From positions 1,440,001 through 1,504,000 of the forward strand of contig OZ219754.1 of the NCBI GenBank assembly GCA_964291295.2: a DNA stretch of 64,000 bases, in the 5' to 3' direction. Positions 30,208 to 40,642 of this stretch are shown one piece after another (position 1 is the stretch's first letter; every line of letters begins with the position of its first letter). The stretch comes from an uncultured Candidatus Binatia bacterium (GTDB taxonomy: Bacteria > Desulfobacterota > Binatia > UBA9968 > JAJDTQ01). A program made the translations under genes and the position numbers. The notes beneath the pieces were generated by a model. The model was not told the origin of the DNA, did no database searches, and was given only the letters and a program-made list of their open reading frames with translations.

Positions 30208-31074
30208 ATGGCCGGCCTGCTTGACATCGTCGTCATCACCGGCATGTCGGGTTCCGGAAAGAACGCGGCCATGCGCGCGCTCGAGGACAACCGCTTCTTC
30301 TGCATCGACAACCTGCCGGTGCTGTTGATCCCCCGGTTCATCGACCTGTGCCAGGGCTACCGCGAAGGGATTCGCCGGGTCGCTTTCGGCATCGACCTCC
30401 GCGGCGCTCCGTTCATCGAAGGCTGGAAGGAAGTGCTGGCGGAGACCCGCCGGGCCGGCCACCACGTGGAGGTGGTCTTTCTGGATGCCAGCGACAAATT
30501 GCTGCTGCGCCGGTTCAGCGAGACGCGCCGGCCGCATCCGCTCCAGGGCGGCGGGCCGGTCCAGGAGGGCATCGCCCGGGAGCGGTCGGCGCTTACGGGG
30601 ATGCGGGACTCCGCGGACCGGGTCATCGACACCACCGGCCTCAACGTCCACGATCTCAGGACGGTCATCGAGGACTCGTGCCTGCGGGCGCTGGGGAAGC
30701 GGCAGATGTCGATCTTTCTCATCTCCTTCGGGTACCGGTACGGGATTCCCGCCGAAGCCGATCTGGTCATGGACGTGCGGTTCCTTCCGAACCCGTTTTT
30801 TGTTAGTGGGTTGGAGGCCAAGAGCGGATTGGCTCCGGAAGTACGGGATTTCGTGCTCGGCCGCGCGGAGACGGGCGCGTTCGTGGAGCGCATGAACGCG
30901 CTGCTCGATTTCACGCTGCCCAACTACGAACGCGAAGGCAAGAGCAATCTGACCCTGGCTTTCGGCTGTACCGGCGGCAGGCACAGGTCGGTGGTGCTGG
31001 CCGCCGAGTTTGCGCGGCGGCTTGAGGGGACCCCGTGGCGCATTCGGTTGAAGCACCGGGATATTGACAGATGA
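30208..31074 (+). CDS. rapZ: RNase adapter RapZ (P-loop)
   Basis: GMSGSGK, DNLP, RRFSETRRPHP, DVRFLPNP and GCTGGRHRSV motifs. Confidence 0.93.
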   Translation: MAGLLDIVVITGMSGSGKNAAMRALEDNRFFCIDNLPVLLIPRFIDLCQGYREGIRRVAFGIDLRGAPFIEGWKEVLAETRRAGHHVEVVFLDASDKLLLRRFSETRRPHPLQGGGPVQEGIARERSALTGMRDSADRVIDTTGLNVHDLRTVIEDSCLRALGKRQMSIFLISFGYRYGIPAEADLVMDVRFLPNPFFVSGLEAKSGLAPEVRDFVLGRAETGAFVERMNALLDFTLPNYEREGKSNLTLAFGCTGGRHRSVVLAAEFARRLEGTPWRIRLKHRDIDR

Positions 31075-31077
31075 TCG

Positions 31078-31353
31078 ATGCACCGCGTCAGGAAGAAGCT
31101 TGAGATAAAGAACCGTCTCGGGATGCACGCCCGCGCCTCCGCGCTGCTGGTGCAGACCGTCAACCGGTTCTCCTCGGAGGTGAAGATCTCCAAGGATCAC
31201 AATGTGGTGAACGCGCGCAGCATCATGGGCGTGCTGACGCTGGGTGCGGCCAAGGGCAGCAAGATCCGCGTCGAGACCCGGGGGGAGGACGCCCGGGAAG
31301 CGATGTGCGCCATCGAGCAGCTCATCGAGGACAAGTTTCGCGAGAGCGATTAG
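31078..31353 (+). CDS. ptsH: HPr-family phosphocarrier
   Basis: GMHARA and NARSIMGV motifs. Confidence 0.88.
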   Translation: MHRVRKKLEIKNRLGMHARASALLVQTVNRFSSEVKISKDHNVVNARSIMGVLTLGAAKGSKIRVETRGEDAREAMCAIEQLIEDKFRESD

Positions 31354-31399
31354 GGGCGCGGCCGCCGCGTACCGGCGGAAGCTTCGGACAGGATCATTC

Positions 31400-32578
31400 A
31401 TGACCAACAAGGACTTTGTTTTCACTTCGGAATCGGTTTCCGAGGGGCATCCCGACAAGATGTGCGATCAGATCTCGGATGCGGTGCTGGACGCCCATCT
31501 GGCGCTGGATCCGGAAAGCCGGGTGGCGTGCGAGACGCTGGTCAAGAACGACCTGATCGTCATCGCCGGGGAGATCACCAGCAAGGGGAAGGTGGACTAC
31601 GAGAGCGTCGCACGCCGTGTGGCATTGGACATCGGCTATGATGATCCGGCCAAGGGTTTCGACGGCAACAAGTGCGAACTCCTGGTGAGGCTGGTGAACC
31701 AGTCCCCCAACATCTCCCAGGGGGTCACCGAGGGCCAGGGGCTGTTCAAGGAGCAGGGCGCCGGCGACCAGGGGATGATGTTCGGTTACGCCTGCGACGA
31801 GACCGAGGCGTTGATGCCGTTGCCGATCCAGCTCGCCCATGAACTGGTGAGCTATCTGGCCCGGCTCCGGAAGTCCGGCGAGGCGCCGTTTCTGCGCCCG
31901 GACTCCAAGTCGCAGGTGAGCGTCGCTTACCGGGACGGCAGGCCGCACCGCGTCACCAACGTGGTGGTGTCCACCCAGCACACGCCGGAGGTGCCCTACG
32001 ACAAGCTCCGGGAAACCATCATCGACAACGTCATCCGGGCGGTGGTGCCGGCCCGCTACCTCGACGGCGATACGGCATTCCTGGTCAATCCCACCGGCAG
32101 CTTCGAGATCGGCGGCCCCCAGGCGGACGCCGGTCTCACCGGGCGCAAGATCATCGTCGACACCTACGGCGGCATGGGCCGCCACGGCGGCGGCGCGTTT
32201 TCCGGCAAGGACCCCTCCAAGGTGGACCGCAGCGCCGCGTACGTGGCCCGCTACGTGGCCAAGAACATCGTGGCCGCGGGACTGGCGCGCCGCTGCGAGA
32301 TCCAGCTCGCCTACGTCATCGGCGTGGCGGAGCCGGTGTCCATCGCCGTCGACACCTTCGGCACCGGCGTGGTCCCGGACCCGGAGATCGTGAAGCTGGT
32401 GCGCGAGCACTTCGAGCTCACTCCCAAGGGAATCATCGACGCGCTCCAGCTGCGGGCGCCGATCTACCAGAAATCCGCCGCCTACGGCCACTTCGGCCGC
32501 AAACCGGAAAACGGCCTCTTCACCTGGGAGAAGACCGACCGGGCCGGGAAGCTGAGCGGCGCCGCCACCACGGGCTAG
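31400..32578 (+). CDS. metK: S-adenosylmethionine synthase
   Basis: [19 protein letters not shown] and [16 protein letters not shown] motifs. Confidence 0.97.
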   Translation: MTNKDFVFTSESVSEGHPDKMCDQISDAVLDAHLALDPESRVACETLVKNDLIVIAGEITSKGKVDYESVARRVALDIGYDDPAKGFDGNKCELLVRLVNQSPNISQGVTEGQGLFKEQGAGDQGMMFGYACDETEALMPLPIQLAHELVSYLARLRKSGEAPFLRPDSKSQVSVAYRDGRPHRVTNVVVSTQHTPEVPYDKLRETIIDNVIRAVVPARYLDGDTAFLVNPTGSFEIGGPQADAGLTGRKIIVDTYGGMGRHGGGAFSGKDPSKVDRSAAYVARYVAKNIVAAGLARRCEIQLAYVIGVAEPVSIAVDTFGTGVVPDPEIVKLVREHFELTPKGIIDALQLRAPIYQKSAAYGHFGRKPENGLFTWEKTDRAGKLSGAATTG

Positions 32579-32661
32579 TCCTCGACGCACGCCCCCAACC
32601 TGTTCGGCGGTGACGGCGGCGCTGCCCCGGTGCGGCGGCGCCGTCACGGACGGAGAAGAAC

Positions 32662-33930
32662 ATGGCGAAACCGAAGTTCGACATCGCGGATCCCGGACTG
32701 GCCGCGGAAGGCTGGAAGCGGGTGCTTTGGGCCGATCAGGAGATGCCGGTCCTGCGCAGCGTGCGTGCCCGTTTCGAGAAGGAAAAGCCGTTCAAGGGCC
32801 TGCGGTTCTCCGCCTGCCTGCACGTGACCGCGGAGACCGCCAACCTCGCGCGCACCCTCAAGGCCGGCGGCGCCAGCGTGGTGCTGTGCGCATCCAATCC
32901 ACTGTCGACGCAGGACGATGTGGCGGCGGCGCTGGTGAAGAAGGAGCGGCTGGCGGTGTTCGCGGTGCGCGGCGAGGACCACGAGAGCTACTACAGCCAC
33001 CTGAGGGCGGCGCTGGACCACCGCCCGGTGATCACGATGGACGACGGCGCCGACCTCGTTTCCATGCTGCATCAGGAGTACGCCCACCTGGCGGGCGGCA
33101 TGATGGCGTCCATGGAGGAGACCACCACCGGAGTCATCCGGCTCCGCGCCCTGGCTGCGGACAAGGCCCTCAGGATCCCCGTCATCGCGGTCAACGACGC
33201 CGCCACCAAGCACCTGTTCGACAACCGCTACGGCACCGGCCAGTCCACCATCGACGGCATCATCCGGGCAACGGACGTGCTGCTGGCGGGCAAGCGGGTG
33301 GTGGTGGCGGGCTACGGCTGGTGCGGCCGGGGCGTGGCCGCACGCGCCCGCGGCATGGGTGCCAAGGTGGTGGTCACCGAGGTGGATCCGGTGCGCGCCC
33401 TCGAAGCCTCCATGGACGGCTTCGAGGTCATGCCGATGAAGGATGCCGCCAGGGTCGGCGACCTCTTCATCACCCTCACCGGCGACATGCACGTGATCGG
33501 CAGGGAGCACCTCAAGGTCATGAAGGATGGCGCCATCATCTGCAACTCCGGCCACTTCGACATCGAGATCGACATCAAGGCCCTCACCGCCATGGCCGCC
33601 GGGTGCGAGAAGAACGTGCGCAACCACGTGGACTGCTACACCCTGCCCGACGGCAGGCGCCTCTTCCTTGTCGGCGAAGGCCGTCTCGTGAACCTCGCCG
33701 CCGCCGAAGGCCATCCCGCCTCTGTCATGGACATGAGCTTCGCCACCCAGGCGCTGGCCTCGGAATGGGCCGTCCAGCAGCGCGGCAAGCTCTCGCCCCA
33801 GGTCTACGAAGTCCCCCAGTCCCTGGAGGAATGGGTCGCCCGCATCAAGCTGGCCGCCATGGGCATCCGGATGGACAAGCTCACCCGGGAGCAGAAGCGT
33901 TATCTGTCTTCGTGGGAGATGGGGACCTGA
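32662..33930 (+). CDS. ahcY: Adenosylhomocysteinase
   Basis: [35 protein letters not shown] and GHP..VMDMSF motifs. Confidence 0.96.
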   Translation: MAKPKFDIADPGLAAEGWKRVLWADQEMPVLRSVRARFEKEKPFKGLRFSACLHVTAETANLARTLKAGGASVVLCASNPLSTQDDVAAALVKKERLAVFAVRGEDHESYYSHLRAALDHRPVITMDDGADLVSMLHQEYAHLAGGMMASMEETTTGVIRLRALAADKALRIPVIAVNDAATKHLFDNRYGTGQSTIDGIIRATDVLLAGKRVVVAGYGWCGRGVAARARGMGAKVVVTEVDPVRALEASMDGFEVMPMKDAARVGDLFITLTGDMHVIGREHLKVMKDGAIICNSGHFDIEIDIKALTAMAAGCEKNVRNHVDCYTLPDGRRLFLVGEGRLVNLAAAEGHPASVMDMSFATQALASEWAVQQRGKLSPQVYEVPQSLEEWVARIKLAAMGIRMDKLTREQKRYLSSWEMGT

Positions 33931-34019
33931 GGCGCACGGGCCGCGCGCCCATGACCCGGCGCGGGCGCGCAGGCACGCCCGTGCCTGCCCCGCCCCTGCC
34001 CGCCGGCGCACGGGGGCGT

Positions 34020-35177
34020 TCACACGAGCCGGGCGAAGAGTTCGTTGGCCAGCAGCAGACCCCGCGGCGCGAAACGCAGGCGGCGGTGCTCCCCGATCAA
34101 CAGCCCCTCCGACAGCCAGTCGGCGATGTCGGGAAAAGCCTCCTCGGGTCTTGTTCCGAAACGCCGTCCGAACGCCGGCAGCGAGACCCCGCCGATCATT
34201 CGCAACCCCGTGAACAGACATTCCGCCATGGCCTGCCGCCGCTCCGGGCGTTCCTGGTCGGTCACCGCGTGGCCGTCCTCGCCGGCACGGCGCATGTACG
34301 CCGCCGGCGTGCGCTCGTTCCACCAGCGTCGCCCCAGGGGATCGTCCGGCCTGCGGTGATGGCTGTGGGCGCCGGCGCCGATGCCGAGGTAGTCGCCGCC
34401 CTCCCAGTAGTTGATATTGTGGCGTGACTCCCGGCCGGGGCGGGCGTAGTTGGAGATCTCGTAACGCTCCAGGCCGGCGTCCGCCAAGTGGTGCTGGATG
34501 CGGTCGGCCATCTCGATCTCCACCTCCTCGTCCAGGGGTTCCAGCAGGCCCTGGCGGTAGCGGGCGTGGAAGGGGGTGCCTTCCTCGATGGTCAGGTTGT
34601 AGGCGGACAGGTGCGGCGGTTCGTGGGCGAGCGCCTGCGAGAGGTCCCGGCCTGCGCCGTCCACGGTCTGTCCCGGAATCCCGTGGATCAGGTCGAGGCT
34701 GAAGTTGTCAAAGCCCGCGGCCCGGACGCTTCGCAGGGCCGCGCGGGTCTCGTCCGGGCCGTGTGTCCGGCCCAGGAATCGGAGCAGCCCGGCGTCGAAG
34801 CTCTGCGCACCGATGCTGATGCGGTTCACCCCACAGGCGCGGTAGTCGTGGAAGCGGCCGGCGTCCACCACGCCGGGGTTTGCCTCCAGCGTGATCTCCG
34901 CCGGTTCGTCGAAACCGAAGAGCCGGGCGGCCTCGTCGAGCAGCGCGCCGATGCCGGTTCCGTGGAAGGTGGAGGGGGTGCCGCCGCCGAAGAAGACGGT
35001 CTTGACGGTGCGGTTCGCCCAGGCTTCGGACCCGGCGTAGTGACGCAGTTCACGCCGCAGGGCCTGCGTGTAGGCCTGCTCGGGTATGCGCGCGGCCACG
35101 TGCGAGTTGAAGTCGCAGTAGGGGCACTTGCTGGCGCACCAGGGAATGTGAACGTAGAGTGAAAAGGAGTCCGGCAT
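34020..35177 (-). CDS. hemW: Radical SAM heme chaperone HemW
   Basis: YVHIPWCASKCPYCDFNS, FFGGGTPS, YEISNY and HNINYW motifs. Confidence 0.9.
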   Translation of the reverse strand: MPDSFSLYVHIPWCASKCPYCDFNSHVAARIPEQAYTQALRRELRHYAGSEAWANRTVKTVFFGGGTPSTFHGTGIGALLDEAARLFGFDEPAEITLEANPGVVDAGRFHDYRACGVNRISIGAQSFDAGLLRFLGRTHGPDETRAALRSVRAAGFDNFSLDLIHGIPGQTVDGAGRDLSQALAHEPPHLSAYNLTIEEGTPFHARYRQGLLEPLDEEVEIEMADRIQHHLADAGLERYEISNYARPGRESRHNINYWEGGDYLGIGAGAHSHHRRPDDPLGRRWWNERTPAAYMRRAGEDGHAVTDQERPERRQAMAECLFTGLRMIGGVSLPAFGRRFGTRPEEAFPDIADWLSEGLLIGEHRRLRFAPRGLLLANELFARLV

Positions 35178-35223
35178 GCGGTGCTCCGCCATGCGGCGGC
35201 GGGGCCGCCTCATGGCCCGGGGG

Positions 35224-36282
35224 TCACGGCTTGATGTCCTGCAGGAACCAGTCGCTCGCCACCTCCCTGCCCAGCCCCATCTTCCCGGCCGCCCGGAGGA
35301 TGCAGTGGCCCATGGCGGCGAACTGCACCCCGGTGCCGATGTTGTTGAGGAAGAAGGTGGTCTGGTGGGCGCCGGTGCGGCCGGGAGCGCGGCCGGACAG
35401 GAAGTCCGAGATCTCCGGATAGACGGTCCAGTCCCGGGGCTTCTCCCGGCGGACGCCCGGCAACGAGTCCGTGCCCGGCGGCAGGTGATGCCGTATGCCG
35501 CCCATCCGCGTATGAATGCCGGTGATGTCCGCCCTGGCGAATACGCTGTCGTCGAGTTCGAATTCGCGGATGGCGTTGTAGTGCACGCCGGGTTCCAGCA
35601 GGTCGCCCGACATGATGGGGGTCGAGGTGCTCGTGGCGGTGCAGACGATGTCGCATCCCGCCACCGCTGCCGCCACGCTGCCGGTAGGCTCCACCACGAT
35701 GCCGCCGGCCCCGTCCATCTCCCGGGCGAACGATTCCCGGTGTTCGGGCCGGGGGCTGTAGACCTTGACGGTCCTGATGGGCAGCACGTGGGTCAGCAGG
35801 CGGAAGTGGGCGCGCGCCTGGCCGCCGGTGCCGATGAGCCCCAGGGTGCCGGCTTCCGGCCGGCAGAGCGCCCTGGCCCCCAGGGCGCTGGTGATGGCCA
35901 CCCGGGTCTGCTGGATGACGCCGTCCGGCATGATCCCCAGGAGTTCACCGGTCTCCAGGCTGAACAACTGGACCAGGCCCAGAAACAGCCCGTTCCCGGC
36001 CAGCGGAAGCTTCTCCATCCGGACCGCGCCGTCATGGGTCTCTTCCCGGACCACGTCCGAGGTGATCCGCAGGGCCAGCGTGCCGAAGCGCTCCACCGCC
36101 CCCTCCACGGACTTGAAGCTGTAGGAGGCGTCGGCCATGGAGTGGTGCGTGTAGACGTGGCTGGTGGGGCGGTGCACCGAACGGCCCTCGGGAAGGTCCC
36201 GGTAGGCCGTCGCCAAGGCCTCCAGACATTCGTCGAGGTCGATGGCTGCCCGCACGTCGTCGTTGTCGAGGATTCGTGTCAT
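35224..36282 (-). CDS. Ornithine cyclodeaminase/mu-crystallin family protein
   Basis: RVA.TSA, LIGTGGQA, DIVCTAT and G.QFAA motifs. Confidence 0.82.
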   Translation of the reverse strand: MTRILDNDDVRAAIDLDECLEALATAYRDLPEGRSVHRPTSHVYTHHSMADASYSFKSVEGAVERFGTLALRITSDVVREETHDGAVRMEKLPLAGNGLFLGLVQLFSLETGELLGIMPDGVIQQTRVAITSALGARALCRPEAGTLGLIGTGGQARAHFRLLTHVLPIRTVKVYSPRPEHRESFAREMDGAGGIVVEPTGSVAAAVAGCDIVCTATSTSTPIMSGDLLEPGVHYNAIREFELDDSVFARADITGIHTRMGGIRHHLPPGTDSLPGVRREKPRDWTVYPEISDFLSGRAPGRTGAHQTTFFLNNIGTGVQFAAMGHCILRAAGKMGLGREVASDWFLQDIKP

Positions 36283-36602
36283 GGGGGTCCCTTCCGCGGG
36301 TTGGTGTCATGCGCCGCCGCGGTCCCGGGGCCGTTCCGGATGCCTCGGGCGGCTTCGCCGCGCGGCGACCCGGTGAACGGTCCCGCGGCCGGGAGGTCGA
36401 GAGCAACGACGCGAGAGCAACCACGGGAACCGCAGCGGGCGCAACGCCGGGGACATCCGGACGACGGTCGTCTCCATGGAAATTGCGCAAGACGGAGGGC
36501 TGTGGTTATCTTGTTGCAGGGCCGCGGCCAAGGCTCACACAGTGTAGGGCCATTGTCCTGTCCGGTCAATCGCGCGCCGGTGCGCGGGCGTGTCGCCGGC
36601 CC

Positions 36603-36781
36603 GACAGGATACGGACAGGATACGAGTTGCAATACGAGTTGCAGACGGAAAGTCACGCACGGAAGTTGCGGACAGAGGTTGCGGACCGAAAGCTTGCGGA
36701 CGGCATTTGCGGGCAGGATGCGCGTCCGACCGGCGGCCGAGGCAACGTCCGGTTTCGCCTTGCCCGGTTTCGCCTTGCCCG
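36603..36781. repeat. Nested cluster of short tandem duplications (11, 12, about 13 and 15 nt units)
   Basis: GACAGGATACG x2, ATACGAGTTGCA x2, (G/C)TTGCGGAC x3-4 and CCGGTTTCGCCTTGC x2. Confidence 0.75.
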
Positions 36782-36799
36782 TCTTCTCGGAGGTTCCCC

Positions 36800-37660
36800 A
36801 TGCTGACCAACAAGGTAAGCGAGATCATGACGACCGCGGTCATCACCGCCGAGCCGTCGAGCACCATCCGGGATGTGACCCGACTGATGGTGGAGCGCCG
36901 GGTGGGCCGGGTGGTGATCACGGAGAACGCCGCTCCGGCCGGTATCTTCACGGAGACGGATCTCCTGAGACGGGTCATGAACCGCACTCTGGATGTGCAC
37001 AGGACGCCGGTACGCCGGGTCATGACCACGCCGGTCCAGGGGGTTCCCGAGGGGACCTCCATCGTCGAGGTGCTGGGGCGGATGTACAAGGGGCGCTACC
37101 GGCACTTGCTGGTCTACGGCCGCGACCGGCGCATGGCCGGTCTGGTGTCCATGCGCCGGATACTCAATCTGGTGGTGGAGCTGGGCGCGAACCTGCGCGA
37201 TTCCCGGACGGTGGGGGAGGTGGTTGCCAGCACGGTGACCGTGGTCGATGCCGCCACTCCGGTCACCGAGGTCATCGACCGGATGGTGCGGAAGCAGACG
37301 GGCTGCGTGATGGTTTCCGTCGACGGCCGGCCCGGCGGCATCTTTACCGAGCGGGACGTGCTGACGCGCATCGCCCTGGAAGACCGGGACATGGGTCAGG
37401 TTCCGGTGTCCCGGGTCATGACCCCCGATCCGCTGGTCGCCAGCGGCTCGACGCCGGTCCAGGAAGTGCTGGCGACCATGCGCGAGAACGGTTTTCGTCA
37501 CATGCCCGTGGCCGGCGGCGGGCACGAGCTGGCGGGCATCGTTTCGGTGGGCGACGTGCTCCAGTATGCCAAGGCGCTGGACATCGACGACGTGGTGCGC
37601 AAGGCGTGGAAGGAGATCGAGGAGTTCTGGGAGTCGGAGGAGAACTACACGCCGGGGTAG
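36800..37660 (+). CDS. CBS domain protein (two CBS pairs)
   Basis: Internal duplication GIFTETDLL / GIFTERDVL, VMT.. and RH(L/M); GGAGG RBS. Confidence 0.88.
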   Translation: MLTNKVSEIMTTAVITAEPSSTIRDVTRLMVERRVGRVVITENAAPAGIFTETDLLRRVMNRTLDVHRTPVRRVMTTPVQGVPEGTSIVEVLGRMYKGRYRHLLVYGRDRRMAGLVSMRRILNLVVELGANLRDSRTVGEVVASTVTVVDAATPVTEVIDRMVRKQTGCVMVSVDGRPGGIFTERDVLTRIALEDRDMGQVPVSRVMTPDPLVASGSTPVQEVLATMRENGFRHMPVAGGGHELAGIVSVGDVLQYAKALDIDDVVRKAWKEIEEFWESEENYTPG

Positions 37661-37706
37661 ACCGGGTCGGAACCTGCGGGTTTCGCGGTGACGGGCGGTC
37701 AATTGC

Positions 37707-37735
37707 TTGTTCCGGTTACGTTCTGTTGTTACAAT
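37707..37735 (+). promoter_or_regulatory. sigma70-type promoter of the oxidoreductase operon
   Basis: TTGTTC, 17 nt, TACAAT, with an extended -10 TG. Confidence 0.5.
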
Positions 37736-37776
37736 GCCCGGCTATCCAATTTCGCCCCGCAACAATGGAGAACGAC

Positions 37777-39627
37777 ATGCCCGTTGTCAACGATCTCAGC
37801 ATTTGCGTCGCCACTGCCAACGGTTCGGGAAGCGCATCGTCCAACAACATCCTGTTCAAGTCCATCTTCAAGATGGGCATTCCCTGTTCCTCCAAGAACA
37901 TGTTTCCGTCCAACATCCAGGGACTGCCGACCTGGTACCAGATTCGGGCCAACGCTGACGGCTATCTCGGACGGAAGGACGTCATCGACGTCATGGTGAT
38001 GTTCAACGACGACACCGCGGACAAGGACATCCACCGGGTGCGGGATGGCGGGTTGATCCTTTACGACGACACCCGGCCGTTGCCGGACCATCTGAAGCGC
38101 GGCGGGGTCCGGTATCTCGGCGTGCCGGCCAACGGGCTGGTCCAGAAACACGTCGAAGCCGGTCCGCTGCGCGCCAAGCAGCGCAACATGCTGTACGTGG
38201 GCGCCCTGGCCTGTCTCTTCGGCATCGACATGGAGACGATTCGCGAGGTATTGAGCGACACCTTCGGCAACAAGCCCGCGGTCATCGAGTCCAACCTGCT
38301 CTGCATCGAGCTCGGCTACAACCACATGCGCGACAACAATCTGAGCCAGTCCATCGCCATGCTGGAGAAGATCCCGGGCGGAAATGACGGAAAGATCGTC
38401 ACCGAAGGCAACACCGCCTGCGCGCTCGGCGCGATATACGGCGGCGTCACGTTCTGCGCCTGGTATCCCATCACCCCGTCCAGTTCCCTGGCCGAGGCCC
38501 TGGAGCGGTACCTGCCGCGGTTGCGCCGGGACAAGGACGGCAAGCACACGTACGCCGTGATCCAGGCCGAGGACGAGGTCGCGGCCACCAGCATGGTGGC
38601 CGGGGCCGGCTGGACGGGCGCCCGGGCCATGACCTCCACCTCGGGGCCGGGACTCTCCCTGATGAACGAGACCCTCGGTCTCCAGTACTTCGCGGAGATA
38701 CCGGGCGTGTACTTCATCATCCAGCGCGGCGGGCCGTCCACCGGGCTGCCGACCCGCACGCAGCAGGCCGATATCCAGCTCATGCACGTGGCCTCCCACG
38801 GCGACACCCGGCACATCATTCTCATCCCCCACGACATGAAGTCCTGCTTCGACCTGAGCCGCAAGAGCTTCGACCTTGCCGACCGGTTCCAGACCCCCGT
38901 GTTCGTCATGATGGACCTCGACCTCGGCATGAACCTCTGGGGCTCGGATCCGCTGGAACTGGTACGGGAGCCGTTCGACCGGGGCAAGGTTCTCAGCGCC
39001 GCGGACCTGGACCGGCAGGGAAGTTTCGCGCGCTACCGGGACGTGGACGGCGACGGCGTGCCCCAGAGAACCCTGCCCGGCACCGAGCATCCGCTGGCGG
39101 CGTACTTCGCCCGCGGTTCGGGTCACGACGACCAGGCGCGCTACTCCGAGGACGAGCAGGACTACAAGGAGACCCTGGACCGGTTGCGGCGCAAGCACCA
39201 GACGGCCCGCGCCTGGGTCCCCGCGCCGTGGATCGAGGCCCGGCCCGACGTGAGTACCGGCGTGATCTGCTTCGGCTCCAGCTACGAGGCCGTGCGGGAG
39301 GCCCGGGACCGCCTCCGGGCACGGGGCACGGAAACGAATCACCTGCTCCTGAGAGCGTTGCCCCTGACCGATGATGTGGGAGGGTTCCTGGCCTCCCACG
39401 AAGTGGTCTATCTCATGGAGCAGAACCGCGACGGGCAGATGGCGGCGATCTTCAAGGACGAATATCCCGAGTTCGCCACCCGGATCGTGAGCATACTCGT
39501 CTACGACGGACTCCCCGCCACCGCCGGCGAGATCGTGCGGCAGGTCGAGACGCATCGCGAGGCGACCACCAACGGAATCGAAACGAAAGTGGACGAATCA
39601 TGGCAAAAGCAAATCGCGTCGGTCTGA
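37777..39627 (+). CDS. korA: 2-oxoacid:ferredoxin oxidoreductase alpha subunit (gamma-alpha fusion)
   Basis: NGSGS, WYPITPSS, QAEDE, TSTSGPG, QRGGPSTGLPT and EQN..GQ motifs; substrate not determinable. Confidence 0.88.
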   Translation: MPVVNDLSICVATANGSGSASSNNILFKSIFKMGIPCSSKNMFPSNIQGLPTWYQIRANADGYLGRKDVIDVMVMFNDDTADKDIHRVRDGGLILYDDTRPLPDHLKRGGVRYLGVPANGLVQKHVEAGPLRAKQRNMLYVGALACLFGIDMETIREVLSDTFGNKPAVIESNLLCIELGYNHMRDNNLSQSIAMLEKIPGGNDGKIVTEGNTACALGAIYGGVTFCAWYPITPSSSLAEALERYLPRLRRDKDGKHTYAVIQAEDEVAATSMVAGAGWTGARAMTSTSGPGLSLMNETLGLQYFAEIPGVYFIIQRGGPSTGLPTRTQQADIQLMHVASHGDTRHIILIPHDMKSCFDLSRKSFDLADRFQTPVFVMMDLDLGMNLWGSDPLELVREPFDRGKVLSAADLDRQGSFARYRDVDGDGVPQRTLPGTEHPLAAYFARGSGHDDQARYSEDEQDYKETLDRLRRKHQTARAWVPAPWIEARPDVSTGVICFGSSYEAVREARDRLRARGTETNHLLLRALPLTDDVGGFLASHEVVYLMEQNRDGQMAAIFKDEYPEFATRIVSILVYDGLPATAGEIVRQVETHREATTNGIETKVDESWQKQIASV

Positions 39628-40622
39628 CCGAAAGGGACTACAAGGGAGCGGAGTCGACCATGTGCCGCGGCTGCGGCCATGACGCCATCTCGGCGTCCAT
39701 CATGCGCGCCTTCTTCGCCAGCAGCGTGGACCCGCGCAAGGTCATCAAGCTGAGCGGCATCGGCTGCTCCTCCAAGACGCCCAACTACTTCATGAACCAG
39801 GCCTTCGGCATCAACGCCGTGCACGGCCGGATGGCGTCGGTGGCCACCGGCGCCAATGTCGGCAACCACGGCATGATTCCGCTGGGAATCTCCGGGGACG
39901 GCGACACCTCGGCCATCGGCCTCGGCAACTTCTGCCACATGATGCGGCGCAATGTGAACATCACCTACGTCATCGAGAACAACGGCGTGTACGGGCTGAC
40001 CAAGGGGCAGTTCTCCGCCACCGCGGACGAGGGCACGGTGATGAAGGGCGGAAAGATCAACGACATGCCGGCCATCGACCTGTGCGAACTGGCCATCACC
40101 TTGGGCGCCACCTACGTCGCCCGGAGCTTTTCCGGCGACCGGAAGCAGCTCGCGCCGCTGATCCAGGGCGCGGTGGCCCACAAGGGGAGCGCCATCCTGG
40201 ACGTGCTCAGCCCCTGCGTCACCTTCAACGACCATTCCGGCTCCACCAAGAGCCTCAAGTACATCCGCGAGCACCTGGACCCGCTCCACGACATCGATTT
40301 CATTCCGCCCTACGAGAACATCGAGGTGGACTACGACGAGGGGACCGATCAGGAAGTGACCCTGCACGATGGTTCGCGGATCACGCTCCACAAGCTCGGC
40401 CACAACTACGACCCCACCAACCGGATGCAGGCGGTGACCGCGCTCCATGCGGCGGTGGCCGAGCACAAGTTTCTGACCGGCCTCGTCTACCTCGACGAGG
40501 AACGGGCGGAGTTCATCGAGGACCTCAATCTTTGCGACACGCCGCTGGCCTTCCTGGACCAGGAAGCGGTGCAGCCGTCCCCCGAAACGTTGGACGCCAT
40601 CAACGCCGAGCTCATGAAATAG
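39600..40622 (+). CDS. korB: 2-oxoacid:ferredoxin oxidoreductase beta subunit
   Basis: CRGCGH, SGIGCSS, HGR, TPP motif GDGD...NNGVYGLTKGQ and SPCVTFN. Confidence 0.88.
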   Translation: MAKANRVGLTERDYKGAESTMCRGCGHDAISASIMRAFFASSVDPRKVIKLSGIGCSSKTPNYFMNQAFGINAVHGRMASVATGANVGNHGMIPLGISGDGDTSAIGLGNFCHMMRRNVNITYVIENNGVYGLTKGQFSATADEGTVMKGGKINDMPAIDLCELAITLGATYVARSFSGDRKQLAPLIQGAVAHKGSAILDVLSPCVTFNDHSGSTKSLKYIREHLDPLHDIDFIPPYENIEVDYDEGTDQEVTLHDGSRITLHKLGHNYDPTNRMQAVTALHAAVAEHKFLTGLVYLDEERAEFIEDLNLCDTPLAFLDQEAVQPSPETLDAINAELMK

Positions 40623-40642
40623 CCCGTCCGCGGCGCGACGAC

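Noticed and set aside
32610-32648. SAH/SAM riboswitch between metK and ahcY
   Set aside because: Only a GC-rich hairpin (GTGACGGCG/CGCCGTCAC); the conserved riboswitch core was not recognisable.
35176-37776. 1483-aa ORF as a giant fusion protein
   Set aside because: The first 867 codons overlap real genes in other frames or strands; the true start is 37777 with its own RBS and promoter.
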